Positions 1 through 12,508 of a DNA stretch of 64,000 nucleotides are shown one piece after another. The translations under genes and the position numbers were made by a program. The stretch comes from Octopus bimaculoides (taxonomy: Eukaryota): positions 115,681,528-115,745,527 of the forward strand of contig NC_068981.1 in NCBI RefSeq assembly GCF_001194135.2. Reading direction: 5' to 3'. The notes under the pieces were generated by a model, which was not told the origin of the DNA, did not search any database, and saw only the letters and a program-made list of their open reading frames with translations. The first letter of the stretch is position 1; every line of letters starts with the position of its first letter.

Positions 1-637
1 AAGAAATTATCTAGATGATTTGCATTTTTGCACCACTTTTAAACATCCTAGTAAGTTAGAAATGGTTTGCATTGAATTGTTGCTCTTGCTGTTGTTGGGT
101 AATGTCTATCAAAAATACCATTCTATTTAGAAGCAATTAGCACAGAAATAGATGATCTTTATTGTGGAAAAAATACTGACTTCAGATTTTAGAAACTTAA
201 ATACAGGGTTTCAGTTTTTAAATTAAAAAAATTTATTCATAGTGATGTGGTTGTTCCACTGAAAACTCTGAGAAATTTCAGAGAAATTCTGCTTGGATAG
301 TATTTCAGTCTACCTCTTTCTTATAAAAAGTGAGAACAAGTATGATAATGTACTCCTAGATATATTATGATTAAAAAAATGAATTGTCACAGCTGGAATG
401 TCATTGATCATAAATCCACTTAAACAGGACTCATTTGGAGCTACAACAAAATCACACACATTCTTTCTAATGTAACACTCCAGATGGCCTATTACAGCAC
501 TTCTATACACCTAGGTAAACTGTGGCATGCAAATTAGGGGTTCTAATCAATAGACATTTAATCCAATAGATGTTTTTTTACTTCTACAGACTTCCCTGAT
601 GTAAAAATATCAATGTAATTTCTGAGGAAATATTTAC

Positions 638-785
638 CAACAGACTCCAAACCAGATTCTGGAGAATCATCATCTTCACTGGTATCATTCAGAAGATCTC
701 TGTTTAGTTTTGGAAGTTTGCTTTCTAATTCACGTTTGGCTCTGAGAAGGTTCTGAATTTCACTTTCTTTTGTCTCACGAAAAAT
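638..785 (-). CDS. NPHP3: Nephrocystin-3 homologue, coding exon 2
   Basis: Acceptor TTCCAG at 786-791, phase 0. Encodes [24 protein letters not shown] (human [24 protein letters not shown]). Likely donor GTAAAT at 637; the 3' boundary is uncertain. Confidence 0.88.
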
Positions 786-1418
786 CTGGAAGAAACATAT
801 ATTTTAGGGAGTTAATTCAAATATTTCTTATTCTAAATGTCAAAAAGGGTTTTCTTAAGAGTGATTTGGCTGTTACACTGAATAGACAGAACAGCTTGAA
901 ACAATCTCCTTTCTAGGTTTGCATGAATTAGCATCTCCACCAGTGCCATTGTCTCATAATTTCAGTATAACTCTTTACTTTCCATTCTTCTCATCAGTTC
1001 TACCAGCATTTCTGCCAACCAGTCACCTCCCTTTTTCTCCATTATTTTTTCCATCTTTTTCTTTTACATTTTCAAACCTATTTAATCAGCTATATCAGGA
1101 AATATTTCATCCCCTATCCATGAAGGGCTCTCTGTGAAAAGCTAGAATTCACATCTTTCCCACAGTATACAAAAATTATTAATATCTGTGAGCTTTATGA
1201 ATTGATCTGTAAATATAAATAGCTTTTAGTTTCGTATAATTTTGGTATTTATAAGAATTAAATGATAAATGAAAATACAGATGCAATGTTTTAAAAATAC
1301 TTCTTTGAGGCATTTATTTTATTGTTTTTATATACATTTGTCCCTGAGGGCATAGGTGGTGTTATTTTCTCTTTATCTGCCATCACAAGTTTGTCTTGAG
1401 ATGTATTGGAAATAATCT

Positions 1419-1458
<40 letters not shown>

Positions 1459-3183
1459 TTCAGTTGAGATTTTGCATTCAGTTATACTGCAGACACTTGG
1501 ACAACATTTCATTTTACTTAACAATATACTATCTCAAGACAGTTATCTCTCATTCACTTAAAACTATTATCTACATTATTCTCGGGGTACCATGAGAGTG
1601 CTATTAATGCTTACACTCTACAAACTTAACCAGTTGTAATTTGTTTTCTCCGTGTAGTTGGTTCAAATGTCTTTTGTATCTGAATATCGTTCCTGCTACT
1701 CATTCATTAGCATACTGGTACTGTCACCAGGCTTTAATAAAATTAAATGAATGAAGCAAGAGTTAGCACAGTCATGAGAGCAAAGGATAAAATACCTAGT
1801 GGTATTTGTTCCTGCTCTCTTTGCTCTGAGTTCAAGGCCTGTCAGGGTCCAATGTGGGGGAATGGTGGGATTGCTAAAGTATCAGACAAGACACTTTGTG
1901 ATATTTGTTCTATATTTTTGGTTTCTGAGTTAATATGAAGTAGATTGAATCCTATGCCTGGTTTAATACTGCCAAGTTGTCTTTGGGTACCAACAATGCA
2001 GATCTTGTGTTGCAAGTATTTGGGCCAGGTTTCCAGTTTGAGAATTACTTACTCTTTTCCCCGCTACAGTTTTATAGATTTGTAACAAATAGCCATGGTC
2101 ACTGCCTCTTCTTTCTGACTAAACAGTAAAAAAAATATAGTAGCTAAGAGAAATACGACATACTTTGAAGTAAGGCTTCAAATCCTTATCGTGTGGTCAG
2201 CAGTCTAGCAGCCTAAACTTATATGATATTGGACAATATACAAAAGGTGCCGCAAGCATGGAGAGCCTAAAGTGTACTCTAACATAATGTAGTGAGCTAA
2301 AAATAATTTTCAATGCCAGTGTCACATAACTGGCACCTGTGATGGTGACACGTAAAAAGCACCCTTCAAATGTTGGGCCTCACAGAGGTAATGATAAGTG
2401 ACCAAGGCCTTTGGCGATATGCTGTGCTTGAGAAAACTCATTAAGCCAAGTAAAATCATAGTTGTGGCTGGTGCCAGTGTCATGTAAAAAGCAGCCATCA
2501 CACTCTTGGAACAGCTGTTGTTAGGAAGGGCATCCAGCTGTAGAAACCATGCCAAATCAGATTGGAACCTGGTGCTACCCTCCAGTTTACCAGTTTCAGT
2601 CAAACTGTCTAACCCACACTAGCATGGAAAGCAGACGCTAAATGATGATGATGATGAGTAAGGAAAAGAATCATTAGCATTAATTATAATATTTGCAAAG
2701 AGGTACAAAGTATGATTTTCTAGATTATTTTTGTATCAGTAATTTCTTTTAAAAGCTGGCTGCCCCACTCTAGAGACAAACAAAATATTTTCAATGAAAG
2801 GCTTAGGTGTTTTCCTTAAGTAAATGTTCATTTTTCTAAAAATGGAATTCATTGCTAGTCTTTTGTTGAACATCATATTTACAATTGCACCAAACAAAAC
2901 TGATGTACACAACAGCAACTAATATATTTGTACTTGGATCTACTAAAACATATTAAGAATAAATATGCAAATTATTGTTTCAGATCTTACTGTACAAAGT
3001 GTAAATGGTGATGCTTTATTGGTTGGCAGATATAAACACTGATCAGCAAACAGTTTGTTCACTGAAATTATAAACAAAGTTAGGGACCAGTTTAGGCTCC
3101 AAAGTCCAGGTGCTTCTGACTGACATCTTGAAACACCAGTGTCCTAAAACCCTTGAAATGAGTGTGTTATGAAAACATTGTGA

Positions 3184-3939
3184 GGATCTTTCTGAATTGA
3201 CAGGTGCCACTTGTTTTCTGAACAAAACACTTTCAAACTTGGGATACTGGTAGAATGTGTCATATAAAACATCTTTTTCTCTTAGCCTTCTTAACAAAAA
3301 TTTCTATATTGCAAGTTATTTCATGTTAAAGTTGTCATATTTCTGTAATTTCAACCAATCACTGACGTCTATTCAGCTGAATACAGTTACTGCTGTTTTT
3401 GTAAACAATAAATTTTGCCGGTGTCAAGATCGTTATTCCCTAGTAAGGGTTAGGGTTTTAGAGTTAGGGTTAGGGGGTTAAGGTTAGGGTTATGAGTTAG
3501 GGTTAGTGTTATGAGTTAGGTTATGGCAAAAATAATCATAACCCTAACCATAACTCTAAAACCCGAACTCTAACCCTAAAACCCTAAAGCTAAAACTAGT
3601 ACAAACGCACGAACGATGTTATAAATAACAGTACCGCCGATAGTTGTTGTTGACAAACAATGGCACTAATTTTATTCAAGGGAAAAGATCCCATTACACC
3701 GCACAACGTTTTGTTTACAATCCATAGCAGTAATTGTTTTCACCTCAATAGACGTCAGTGATTGGTTGAAATTACCGAAATATGACAATTTTTTACATGA
3801 AATAACTTCGAATACAAAAATTTTTATTTGTTCTATAAAAACAAAATATACAAGTATACGAAGTTTGAAAGTGTTTCGGTACCAAAAACACTACATAAAA
3901 CATAGATAAAAAGTGGCGCCCGTCAATTCAGAAAGATCC
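3184..3939. mobile_element. GGATC-TIR non-autonomous DNA transposon (copy 1) with internal telomeric repeats
   Basis: TIR GGATCTTTCTGAATTGAC.GG.GCCACTT at both ends. Perfect 8-bp TSD CATTGTGA (3176-3183 and 3940-3947). Degenerate TTAGGG then CCCTAA tracts at about 3445-3590. Confidence 0.92.
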
Positions 3940-4123
3940 CATTGTGATTTTGAAAGAGGGTAGTGTTTCTCCTGTGATGTATACAACAGCGATGAGAAGA
4001 TTTGCCTGAATTGACCAAAATCAGTAAAGAATAAATATGCGATTTACCATTTCAGATCTTGCAGTACATTGCAAATTATTTATATCCATACATATATATA
4101 TATAATACAAAGAATATATATAC

Positions 4124-4430
4124 ATGTATACACACATATATGTACATACTTACATCTACATGTGTATATACATGCATATCAGGGTACAGGACGTTAGAAC
4201 AATAAACTACAGACAACGGAACGAACACATAGGAAAACGGAAAGCCCCTTGGAATATCCCTTCATCAGCTGTCTCTATTCTATCCAGACGTTTCGAAGAC
4301 CAGACAGGACGTACTCTAGAATAGTCTCTTCCTGAGTAGTGGATCAACCAACTACACAGAGGATTCCAAGGTGGCAAACACAAACCAAGACAGGAAAAAA
4401 TGGACAGTGAAAACAACATTCAAAAGCCGT
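4124..4430 (-). mobile_element. Penelope-like remnant, homologous to 59540-59800
   Basis: Shared GGGTACAGGACG...CCTTCATCAGCTGTC...CGTTTCGAAG motifs and a (TACA)-rich tail. Confidence 0.5.
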
Positions 4431-4494
4431 NNNNNNNNNNNNNNNNNNNNNNNNNNNNNNNNNNNNNNNNNNNNNNNNNNNNNNNNNNNNNNNN

Positions 4495-4780
4495 ATGGTG
4501 GAGGGAGGAAATGGAACAAGGAGGAAGGGACAGAAGCAGTGAAGTAGAGGCCAGGACAGAAGGGTAGATAGGAAGATAGAGGAAGACATAGATAATAGAT
4601 AGAGAGGATGGTGGAGGGAGGAAGTGGAACAAGGAGGAAGGGACAGAAGGGTATAGCAGTGAAGTAGAGGCCAGGACAGAGGTATAGATAGAAAGATGGA
4701 GGAAGACAGATAGATAAATAGATAGAAAGATAGATAGATAGATAGACAGATAGATAGATAGATAGATAGAAAGATAGTCA
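4495..4780. repeat. Purine-rich minisatellite (units of about 110-120 bp) followed by (GATA)n, next to a gap
   Basis: ATGGTGGAGGGAGGAA.TGGAACAAGGAGGAAGGGACAGAAG occurs twice. Confidence 0.8.
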
Positions 4781-5359
4781 CGTCAGAATAATAGTAGACT
4801 TACTTGTAAAATAGGACGTGTGCGTTCAATAATGTAATAATACAATGTAATAATGTAATAATACATATATATATATATACATACATACATGCATGCATGT
4901 ATGTATATGAGTATATATATATGAATATACAATAACACAGATGGTTGAGGTTCACTACAACTGTTTCAGACATGATCTTTATTGATGAATTTCTCACCAA
5001 ATACAAAGTAGTGCAAAATGATCCTACCAACCAGGTTACAGCTGAGAGACTCTCTCAGCCATAACCTACGATAGTTGTAAGTAATCATCACCATTTTACA
5101 AGCAATGTCATTTATTTTCAATTTTTGGTGAAAGCATATCTGGTTATGAGGAAATATTTTGCTTCAAAATTGATGAGGTCTAGAAAAAGGAAAAGCAGTT
5201 GACCGTAGCAAATGCATTTCATCTGTCCCCTACAAGCATGCAAAGTTGACTGGTTATGGTATATGCAGGACAAACAAGATAAAAACAAAACAATTAACCT
5301 CACTTTTTGTCAGTTACAACAACAACAACAAAAATAATATTTGAAAATCATTATCTTAC

Positions 5360-5791
5360 TTTGAATTGCCTTTGTATCTTATCTCGATCATTTTCAAATG
5401 CAGCAGCTCTTGCAAGTGCTTGGCTTTCAGCTTGAGTTGCCAAATCTCGTTCACCTCGTAGTTTGGCACAAGTTTTCTGAAGAGCCAACAACTCTGCTCG
5501 AAATTTCTTGTTCTCATTTATTAGCTTTTGTTCTTTCTTCTGCATGTTAGCGATCTCCTGTTCTTTATTTCGCCGATACATCTCAAATTCTTTGTTTTTG
5601 CGTTCAAGTTCCTGGCTGTCTAAGTCGATTGAACGCAAGCTTTCATCTTTGGGTTTTCGAAGTCCTAGACGTCCCCTTGGTTTCATTTCAATCGGGATCC
5701 TTTTAATGACACCATGGCTATTGCCATCACAGTCGGCGCCAATGATATCATCATCATCAGGCGAATGTAAGAAAGAACTGCCAGTTCCCAT
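5360..5791 (-). CDS. NPHP3: Nephrocystin-3 homologue, coding exon 1 (N-myristoylation motif plus coiled coil)
   Basis: ATG at 5791 gives MGTGSS...EFEMYRRNKEQEIANMQKKEQKLINENKKFRAELLALQKTCAKLRGERDLATQAESQALARAAAFENDRDKIQRQFK. This matches the NPHP3 N-terminus as I recall it (MGTASS...ENKRLRAELQALQKT...FEHDRDKVKRQFK). Phase-0 donor GTAAGA at 5359. Confidence 0.93.
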
Positions 5792-8157
5792 GTTGAATAT
5801 ATTTAGTTCCGTAATTTTGAGTATAGGTGGGGGCCAATATGTTACAATAAGAGCCTTTAAGATATATTCACTTTTATATCTAATATTTGGTGGGAAGCTA
5901 ATATCAACTCCTGGAACAAAAAAAAACAACATTTTTTTTACCTTCTATTATTTTGCTTTTCAGGTTAGCATAGCCAAAGTAGCTATGCAAATTCAGACAT
6001 TAATTAAACAGCTAAAATTTGATGCTTTTCATACCATTCATGATCTGGCAGGTGTATTTATTGTTGAGTTGTATTGACTAAAACAAACATGCGGCTCATT
6101 CAAAATTTGTCTACTTTAGTGAGTTTATGATAGAGTTAAAAAAGGGGTGCTTCTATCTTGGTCCAGGCACATGGTAGTTCTCAAACATGTGGAAGTTCTA
6201 CTTCGTTCCTGCTGCCATCAGCAGTGTACTGTAGCTATTTAACCCTTTAGCATTTAAACTGATATTCAAAGCAGTGAGATCAAGCCTCTTACACCTACAC
6301 TACGTTATTCTAAACATAAGCTGTCGTATCATCAAAATCTCAAAGTTACAAGATAATGTATGACTAATTCAAAATGATGTGAATAAATAAGGATTGCATC
6401 TGAATGCTAAAGGGATAATGTACCTATTTACAGCCAGATAGACGTGGGAGGGGGCTTTGCCATATTCATAATGCAACACTATTTGCGGAATATAAACATT
6501 GGTCTACCCACTGGTAATCAGATGCCATTTTGAGTTAGCCTACTGTGAGGTTTGAAGAATATAGTGTTCTTCACTCAATCATAAACAACAGAATGGTTGT
6601 TGCAAAGTTAGAACTGCAGCATTAATAAATGGATTGATTAAAACAGTGGTCTTGTTCTAAAGATGGCTGCTCTTTTGAACATTAAGTAAATAAAAGTGGC
6701 ATGGACATATATCTAATTTACATCTGAAACAGGGAGAAAGAAAGAGAGTAAGGTATCTTACCTATAGCAGCACAGAAAGGTTAATCCATGCAAGACATAT
6801 TTTAGTCAATTTGGGGATGATTTACTTCATTATATATACCTCAATTTACCTAACTACAAGAAATATGCACCAAGCCATCTAGAAATATTACTTTTGATAG
6901 CGTAGAGTTGATAACATGTGTGTGTGTGTTGTGTGTGTTGTGTGAGGAGCGTCTATGTTTTGTGTGTGTGGATGTGTGCACATGTGTGTGTGAGTGTGTG
7001 TGATAGTGGAGATTTATCTGTCATTTTAGAGAATGAATTAGTGAGAGAAACTATTCAAGGTTGCTGCTTGTTTGAAGAACAATAGTTACAATATTCAAAG
7101 CAGTGATCATTAAAATAAAATTAATTCAGAATAATTTGTGCAGCAATGAAATGGCAATATTGGTCCAATGATTAATATTATTATAATTATTCCAGGAAGC
7201 ATGGGAGACAACCTCACTCATGTTTTGATCTAATCTGACTCTGCAGCTAAGCACAAGCTTTCACTGCACTTGCTGAAGTAGTGATGTAAGAATTAGGAAC
7301 TAAATGTACAATGTTGTACATTAGTAGGTTTGAAATTGACATATTTTAGATAATATTTAACTAAGAGACACCAGAAATATGAAAAACAATGGTCAATTTG
7401 TGTTACATAGCATTAGAAGGTTAATTAGACATACTTAACGTATTGCGCATTAAAAGGCTAATTAGACAGTGACAAAAATACAATACCAGGCAATGAGTAT
7501 AATTATCCTAATTAGGGTAATTGACTGTCCTTTCCTCACTGCATAATTATTCTTAATTAATCTTTTAATCATTGCATTAAATATGATAACACTACCTTGA
7601 CACTATCGTTGAATTAAAACTAGGAACTGATTGTTGAAACCACTGGACACATATTTTATTGTAAAGGAGCACATGACTTTTATTTATAATGTATGGATGC
7701 AACAGACGTTATTTATAATACTGTAGTAAATGAGTGAATCTGAGAATAAAAATGAAACTTTGTTAAGAAGAGCTAATGACTTTACAGCCTAATGAAGGAT
7801 ATTTTGGCAAATTATTTCTTCTCTAATAAAATTGTGGCTTTGTGTTAATCTAAAGAATCCATATTTGGATCCAAAAACTCTAGAGAAATCACTAAGTCAA
7901 TAAAGATTGTGAGCTCAGATTTACTGCAGCTCTTCATTGTGACAGAATACCAACTTATATATCTATGTGACATAAATACATGTCAGATCAGGTGAGAGTG
8001 TTAGCTGCAAGAAAATACTGTTCTATCCAAGTGATGTTTGATACATACGTTTCTCATTATGGAACAGGAACCAGGCAGTCTCACTAAGAAGTTAGCAGCT
8101 GAATTTCTTTAACCAATATGCCACCATGTTTTTCTCAATTAATCCAAGGCAATAAGG

Positions 8158-8350
8158 TGGCAAGCAGATAGAAACATTAGCATGCCAGGTGTAATGCTTA
8201 GCAGTATTTTGTCTGTCTTTACGTTCTGAGTTCAAATTCTGCCGAGGTCGAGTTTGCCTTTCATCCTTTCGGGGTCGATAAATTAAGTACCAGTTGTGTA
8301 CTGGAGTTGTCTAATCAACTGGGCCCCTTCACCACAGTAGAGCAGAAAAG
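8158..8350 (+). mobile_element. SINE family A copy
   Basis: GTTCTGAGTTCAAATTCTGCCGAGGTCGAGTTTGCCTTTCATCCTTTCGGGGTCGATAAATTAAGTACC. Confidence 0.8.
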
Positions 8351-9269
8351 AATTAATCCAAAGCAATGGAACTGCAGAAACACTAACTTGCCAGACAAAA
8401 TACTTTAAAATATCAAGTTTTGTTGACTTCAATATTTATCCCTCCAGAGTAAATAGAATCATCAAAATCTCAAAGTTACAAGATAATGCATGACTAATTC
8501 ATAAACTGATGTCAAAACAGCTTACAACACTCTTTCATCCATAAATTTGTGGCAAGTTAAATCAATTAGGTTCGTTAATAGGACTAAGACATGCGTTAAG
8601 ATTGCAAACACAACAAACCTATGCCAGCATGATAAATGAAATGTAAAACCAGTGATAATGACGATGATTATAATGACAATGATGATTATAAGTGTCAAAA
8701 AGTTAAGAATTACAGTACTTACAGAGAACCAATTCCTTTTGTGTTCTTTTTCATAAGATTTCATCATAGAACATTTTATAATGTGCTGTGAAAAAAAAAT
8801 CAAAACTACAAATAAAAATTCAATTTTGAACATAAATATTCTCAGTCAGGTTTGAAAACCTTTTACACATTTTTAGAAGGTCATACTTTACATAAGTGAA
8901 AATCTGTACACTGTATGATAAAAATTTTAACTAATTCATAATTGCTATATTTGGCATTTGCATGTAATATACAAGTTATTGAATGCTTTAAATATTCCTT
9001 TGCAGATGGATAATAACATTTTACACACAAGCATCATCCACACACGCACGCACCCACACACAACTTAGACACAAACTACTTCCATGAATGGGAACCATAA
9101 AACATTCTCTATCAGAGACAACTTAGCCGCTTTCAATAGCACTGAGACACAATTGCCACACACATTGAAGAAGCAGTCTTGCACTGTACCTTCATTATAT
9201 CTGAACAAAAGAAAATTAACACTTTCGCATTTAGATCAATTTATCAAACATAATGCTTATTTCAGTTCT

Positions 9270-9326
9270 ATATTTAAGAGCACGGGCTACTAACACGAAG
9301 ATTCCAAGTTTGATTCCAAGCAGTGA

Positions 9327-9365
<39 letters not shown>

Positions 9366-9520
9366 CAACAACAATATTGAAAAATACCTTAGGAATGAGA
9401 ACCCAGGTTCGAAATTTCCCCAAGACACCTGATGAAGGCTGGAGGGTATATCAGCCAAAACGTCGTGTTAACAACAAGCAAGATGAGGACAAATATCCGT
9501 CAAATGCAAATAATGTATAA
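9270..9520 (+). mobile_element. Penelope-like element terminal remnant with a minimal hammerhead-ribozyme core
   Basis: GACAC-CTGATGA-A-GGCTG..CAGCC-AAAAC-GTC-GTGTT at 9424-9469. Confidence 0.6.
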
Positions 9521-11068
9521 TGCTTATTTGTTAACATATTTTAAAATTAATCATTGTAGCTTCAATATTTTGAAGATGTGATAGTTTATTTTTAGAATAA
9601 CATCACAGGGTAGATGTGAGATGCAGGATCTGGCTAGTTTGAACATACAAGAGAGAGAATATTTGGGCTGGATGTGGCTAGTTTAAATGTTAAGGATTAA
9701 AGCCTTTAAATTCACTACTAGGCTCCACAATCTGTGGTAATCTTCTCATATATTATTGCCAAAGCTGAATCACAAATATTATATATGTGTGTGTGTGTGT
9801 GTGTGTCATTGTGTATGTGTTTTGTCCCTGACCACCACTTGACAACTGGTGTTGGTGTGTTTACATCCCTGTAACTTAGCAGTACGACAAAGAAATCAAT
9901 AAATTATGTACCAGGTTTAAAAAAAAATACTGGGGTTGATACATTTGACTAGAAATTCTTCAAGGTGGTGCCCTAGTATGGCCGCAGTCAACTAACTGAA
10001 ACACAGAAAAGATAAAAATTATATGTAATTATGCCATGGGAAAGGACAGTACTTGTTAATGAGTAATTTTAATTATTCTGGCAAGTATGAGAAACAATTC
10101 CAGACATGCTTCAGTCTTAATAGACCTCATCAACAAAGTACAGAGTTTATCAAATAATACAAAGTAGTGATAAGATAACTACTGAGTATATGTACAATAT
10201 TGTACACAAGTATTTATTGCCTACTGCAGCAAGTACAATGAAGTCACTACTTTGCTGAGAACTGCAGAACCAAGGTTTCAAATTCTCCATCTGGGTACCT
10301 TTTACTCTAAAGTTAAATTAGATACTTTAGAACAACAACCTCTTCCTTTAATGTCTGTTTTCAATGTTGGTATGAGTTGAACAGTTTGACAAGAACTAGC
10401 AGGCTGCATCAGGTTCCAGTCAGATTTGGCTTGGTTTCTACATCTGGATACCCTTCTTAACACCAACCACTTTACAGTGTGTGCTGGATGCTTTGAATGT
10501 GCCACTGACATGAGTGCTTTTATATGGCTCTGATTGTTAAATCTCTATCCAAGTTCCCTCTACAGTGATTTTTAACATTGGTATAAGGCTCCAAATATTT
10601 GTTGAGACATAAATATTTGATCAAGTCCTGGATCAAATGTCTATGTTTATACTTGTGTAATGAATCATTAATGTCAATGTAATCATAAAGGATAAAAACT
10701 GATAACCTTAGAACTTGGTTGTTACTTATTTTATTGACTATGAAACGATTTAGAGTTAGAACAAAAAGAGACACAATTCAAGACAAGTAAACATTTTGTC
10801 CAACACTCTATTGAGTCTGTCAGCCACAGTCTTTCCCAAACTGGAAAGTTTTCACAATGCAAGAGAATGAATATCATTAAATTTTCTAGCGAAATAAACA
10901 ATAATGCTTCCACGATTAAATTACCCAACATAGGTAAATTTGTGTTTTTTAATGTATTTAACATGGTTTTATCCAATAGAGCTGTCACTCAAGCAAATTG
11001 TTCTTTTATAAGCATGAAATCATGCACATGAGCACTCTTTAGGGGTCAGCTGTAATTTAAAATATTGG

Positions 11069-11285
11069 TTTCAAATTTTGGCAAAAGGCCATCAGTTTCA
11101 GGGGAGGGGGTAAGTTGATTACATTGATCCCCCAGTATGTAACTGGTACTTATTTTATTGACCCTGAAATGGTGAAAGGTAAAGACAACCTTGGTGGAAT
11201 TTGAACTCAGAATGTAAAGATGAATGAAATGCTGCTAAGCATTTTGCCCAGCATGCTTGCAATTCTACCAGCTTGCAGCCTTATG
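11069..11285 (-). mobile_element. SINE family A copy (diverged)
   Basis: Reverse complement of the same core. Confidence 0.7.
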
Positions 11286-11988
11286 GTCAACCATAATATA
11301 AAATATTATATCCAAATTTTTATATCAATACCTGAAAAAGTAGTACGCAACATTATACAAGACAATTCACAACTAAACTGGAAGAAGTAAAGCTAAATCA
11401 CTTAAGCCATTCCATCATTTCATATGTATTGACCAATTTGAGAACCATTGCTCCTCTAATTTAATGTATTCCATTATCATAAACTTCTAAAAAATTGTAA
11501 TATAACTATTCATCCGTGATGTTCTGACACATTTGAACATGAATATCTGATCACTTTATTTTTCATCAGCAGAGAACACTTCTCTGTAGATGATGTGTAT
11601 ACATAACACTCATGATTCACTGGTCTCTGAGAGATTGCGGTGTTTCGATCTTATAGTGCGTCACCTCAATCAAAGCTATTCCACCAGATTGATGAATCTC
11701 ACAAGAGCACTGAATTTAGAATTTAGCAAACAAATTATTTGCTGATGAATGCTGATGTCGGCCTAATATATAATAATTCATGAGGTGAATAGAGAACAAT
11801 GAGAATGCAAACAATAAAGTGTATAGTCATTCTTAATACATTTTGCTATATTCAAATGAGAATATCTGATTCCTGTTATTTTTGGCACCAGAGAACACCT
11901 CCTCTCTTTCAACATTATGTATTCAAAATACAAATGATTCACCAGTAGAGAGGTTTTGACATTAATGCATGTATGGAAGACATAGCTC

Positions 11989-12508
11989 GGTGGAATTTTG
12001 GTTTAAGTACACCATATAACTAACACCTTATAACTCTTATTTTTTGATATTTTCAGAAAATTATTGTAAGTTTGTGTTCTACTCATGGGAATTCATACGA
12101 TTATAAGAAAAGATGGAAATTCTCATAAATTCTAAAGTTTCCACTTTTTTTCAAATTTTTTAAAATTAGAGTTTAAAGGAAGGACAGTGAAAATTGTTTG
12201 CTTAAATCCCAGCAATGGACTGCCCTTGGGTGAATCATCATTCCATTAAATGTGTTTATGGGAAGAAAATATTGAAAAACATCAATACCTGTCAGAGACA
12301 CAAAGAAACGAGGAAGATATCAGGTGGACGTGAGATGTGTGCTAAAAATAACAGCTAAATCACCCTTAAATCATTTTTTTTTCTTTTTGTGTAATCGTAT
12401 GAATTCTTGTCTGTGGAACACAAATTTGTAAAAATTTTCTGAAAATAGAAAAAAAAAAATCAGAAAAAAATCGAGGGTTATATGGGGTGCTTAAACCAGA
12501 ATTCCGCT
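11989..12508. mobile_element. Older MITE with a TIR of about 30 bp
   Basis: GGTGGAATTTTGGTTTAAGTACACCATATAAC versus the reverse complement of GTTATATGGGGTGCTTAAACCAGAATTCCGCT. Flanks CATAGCTC and CATAGTTC (7/8). Confidence 0.6.

Noticed and set aside
3445-3590. Ancestral chromosome-fusion site (head-to-head telomeres)
   Set aside because: It lies inside a TIR element with a perfect TSD, so it arrived by transposition.
4250-4300. GAAAC...CTGATGA hammerhead-like motifs on the minus strand (also about 59720-59765)
   Set aside because: The motif order is permuted and stems I and II cannot be closed convincingly, so they are kept only as Penelope-like signatures.
5792-5932. 47-aa N-terminal extension of the NPHP3 ORF in the ORF track
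   Set aside because: It starts at a non-ATG codon. Homology and the Gly2 myristoylation motif place the start at ATG 5791.
5508-6077. 189-aa plus-strand ORF
   Set aside because: Antisense shadow of NPHP3 exon 1.
10520-10988. Coding-looking minus-strand ORFs (similar stretches at 37600-39500, 54178-54680, 61550-61900, 62640-63090)
   Set aside because: Stop-ridden, with no family I can recognise. Probably ancient TE or pseudogene debris; it needs tBLASTx.
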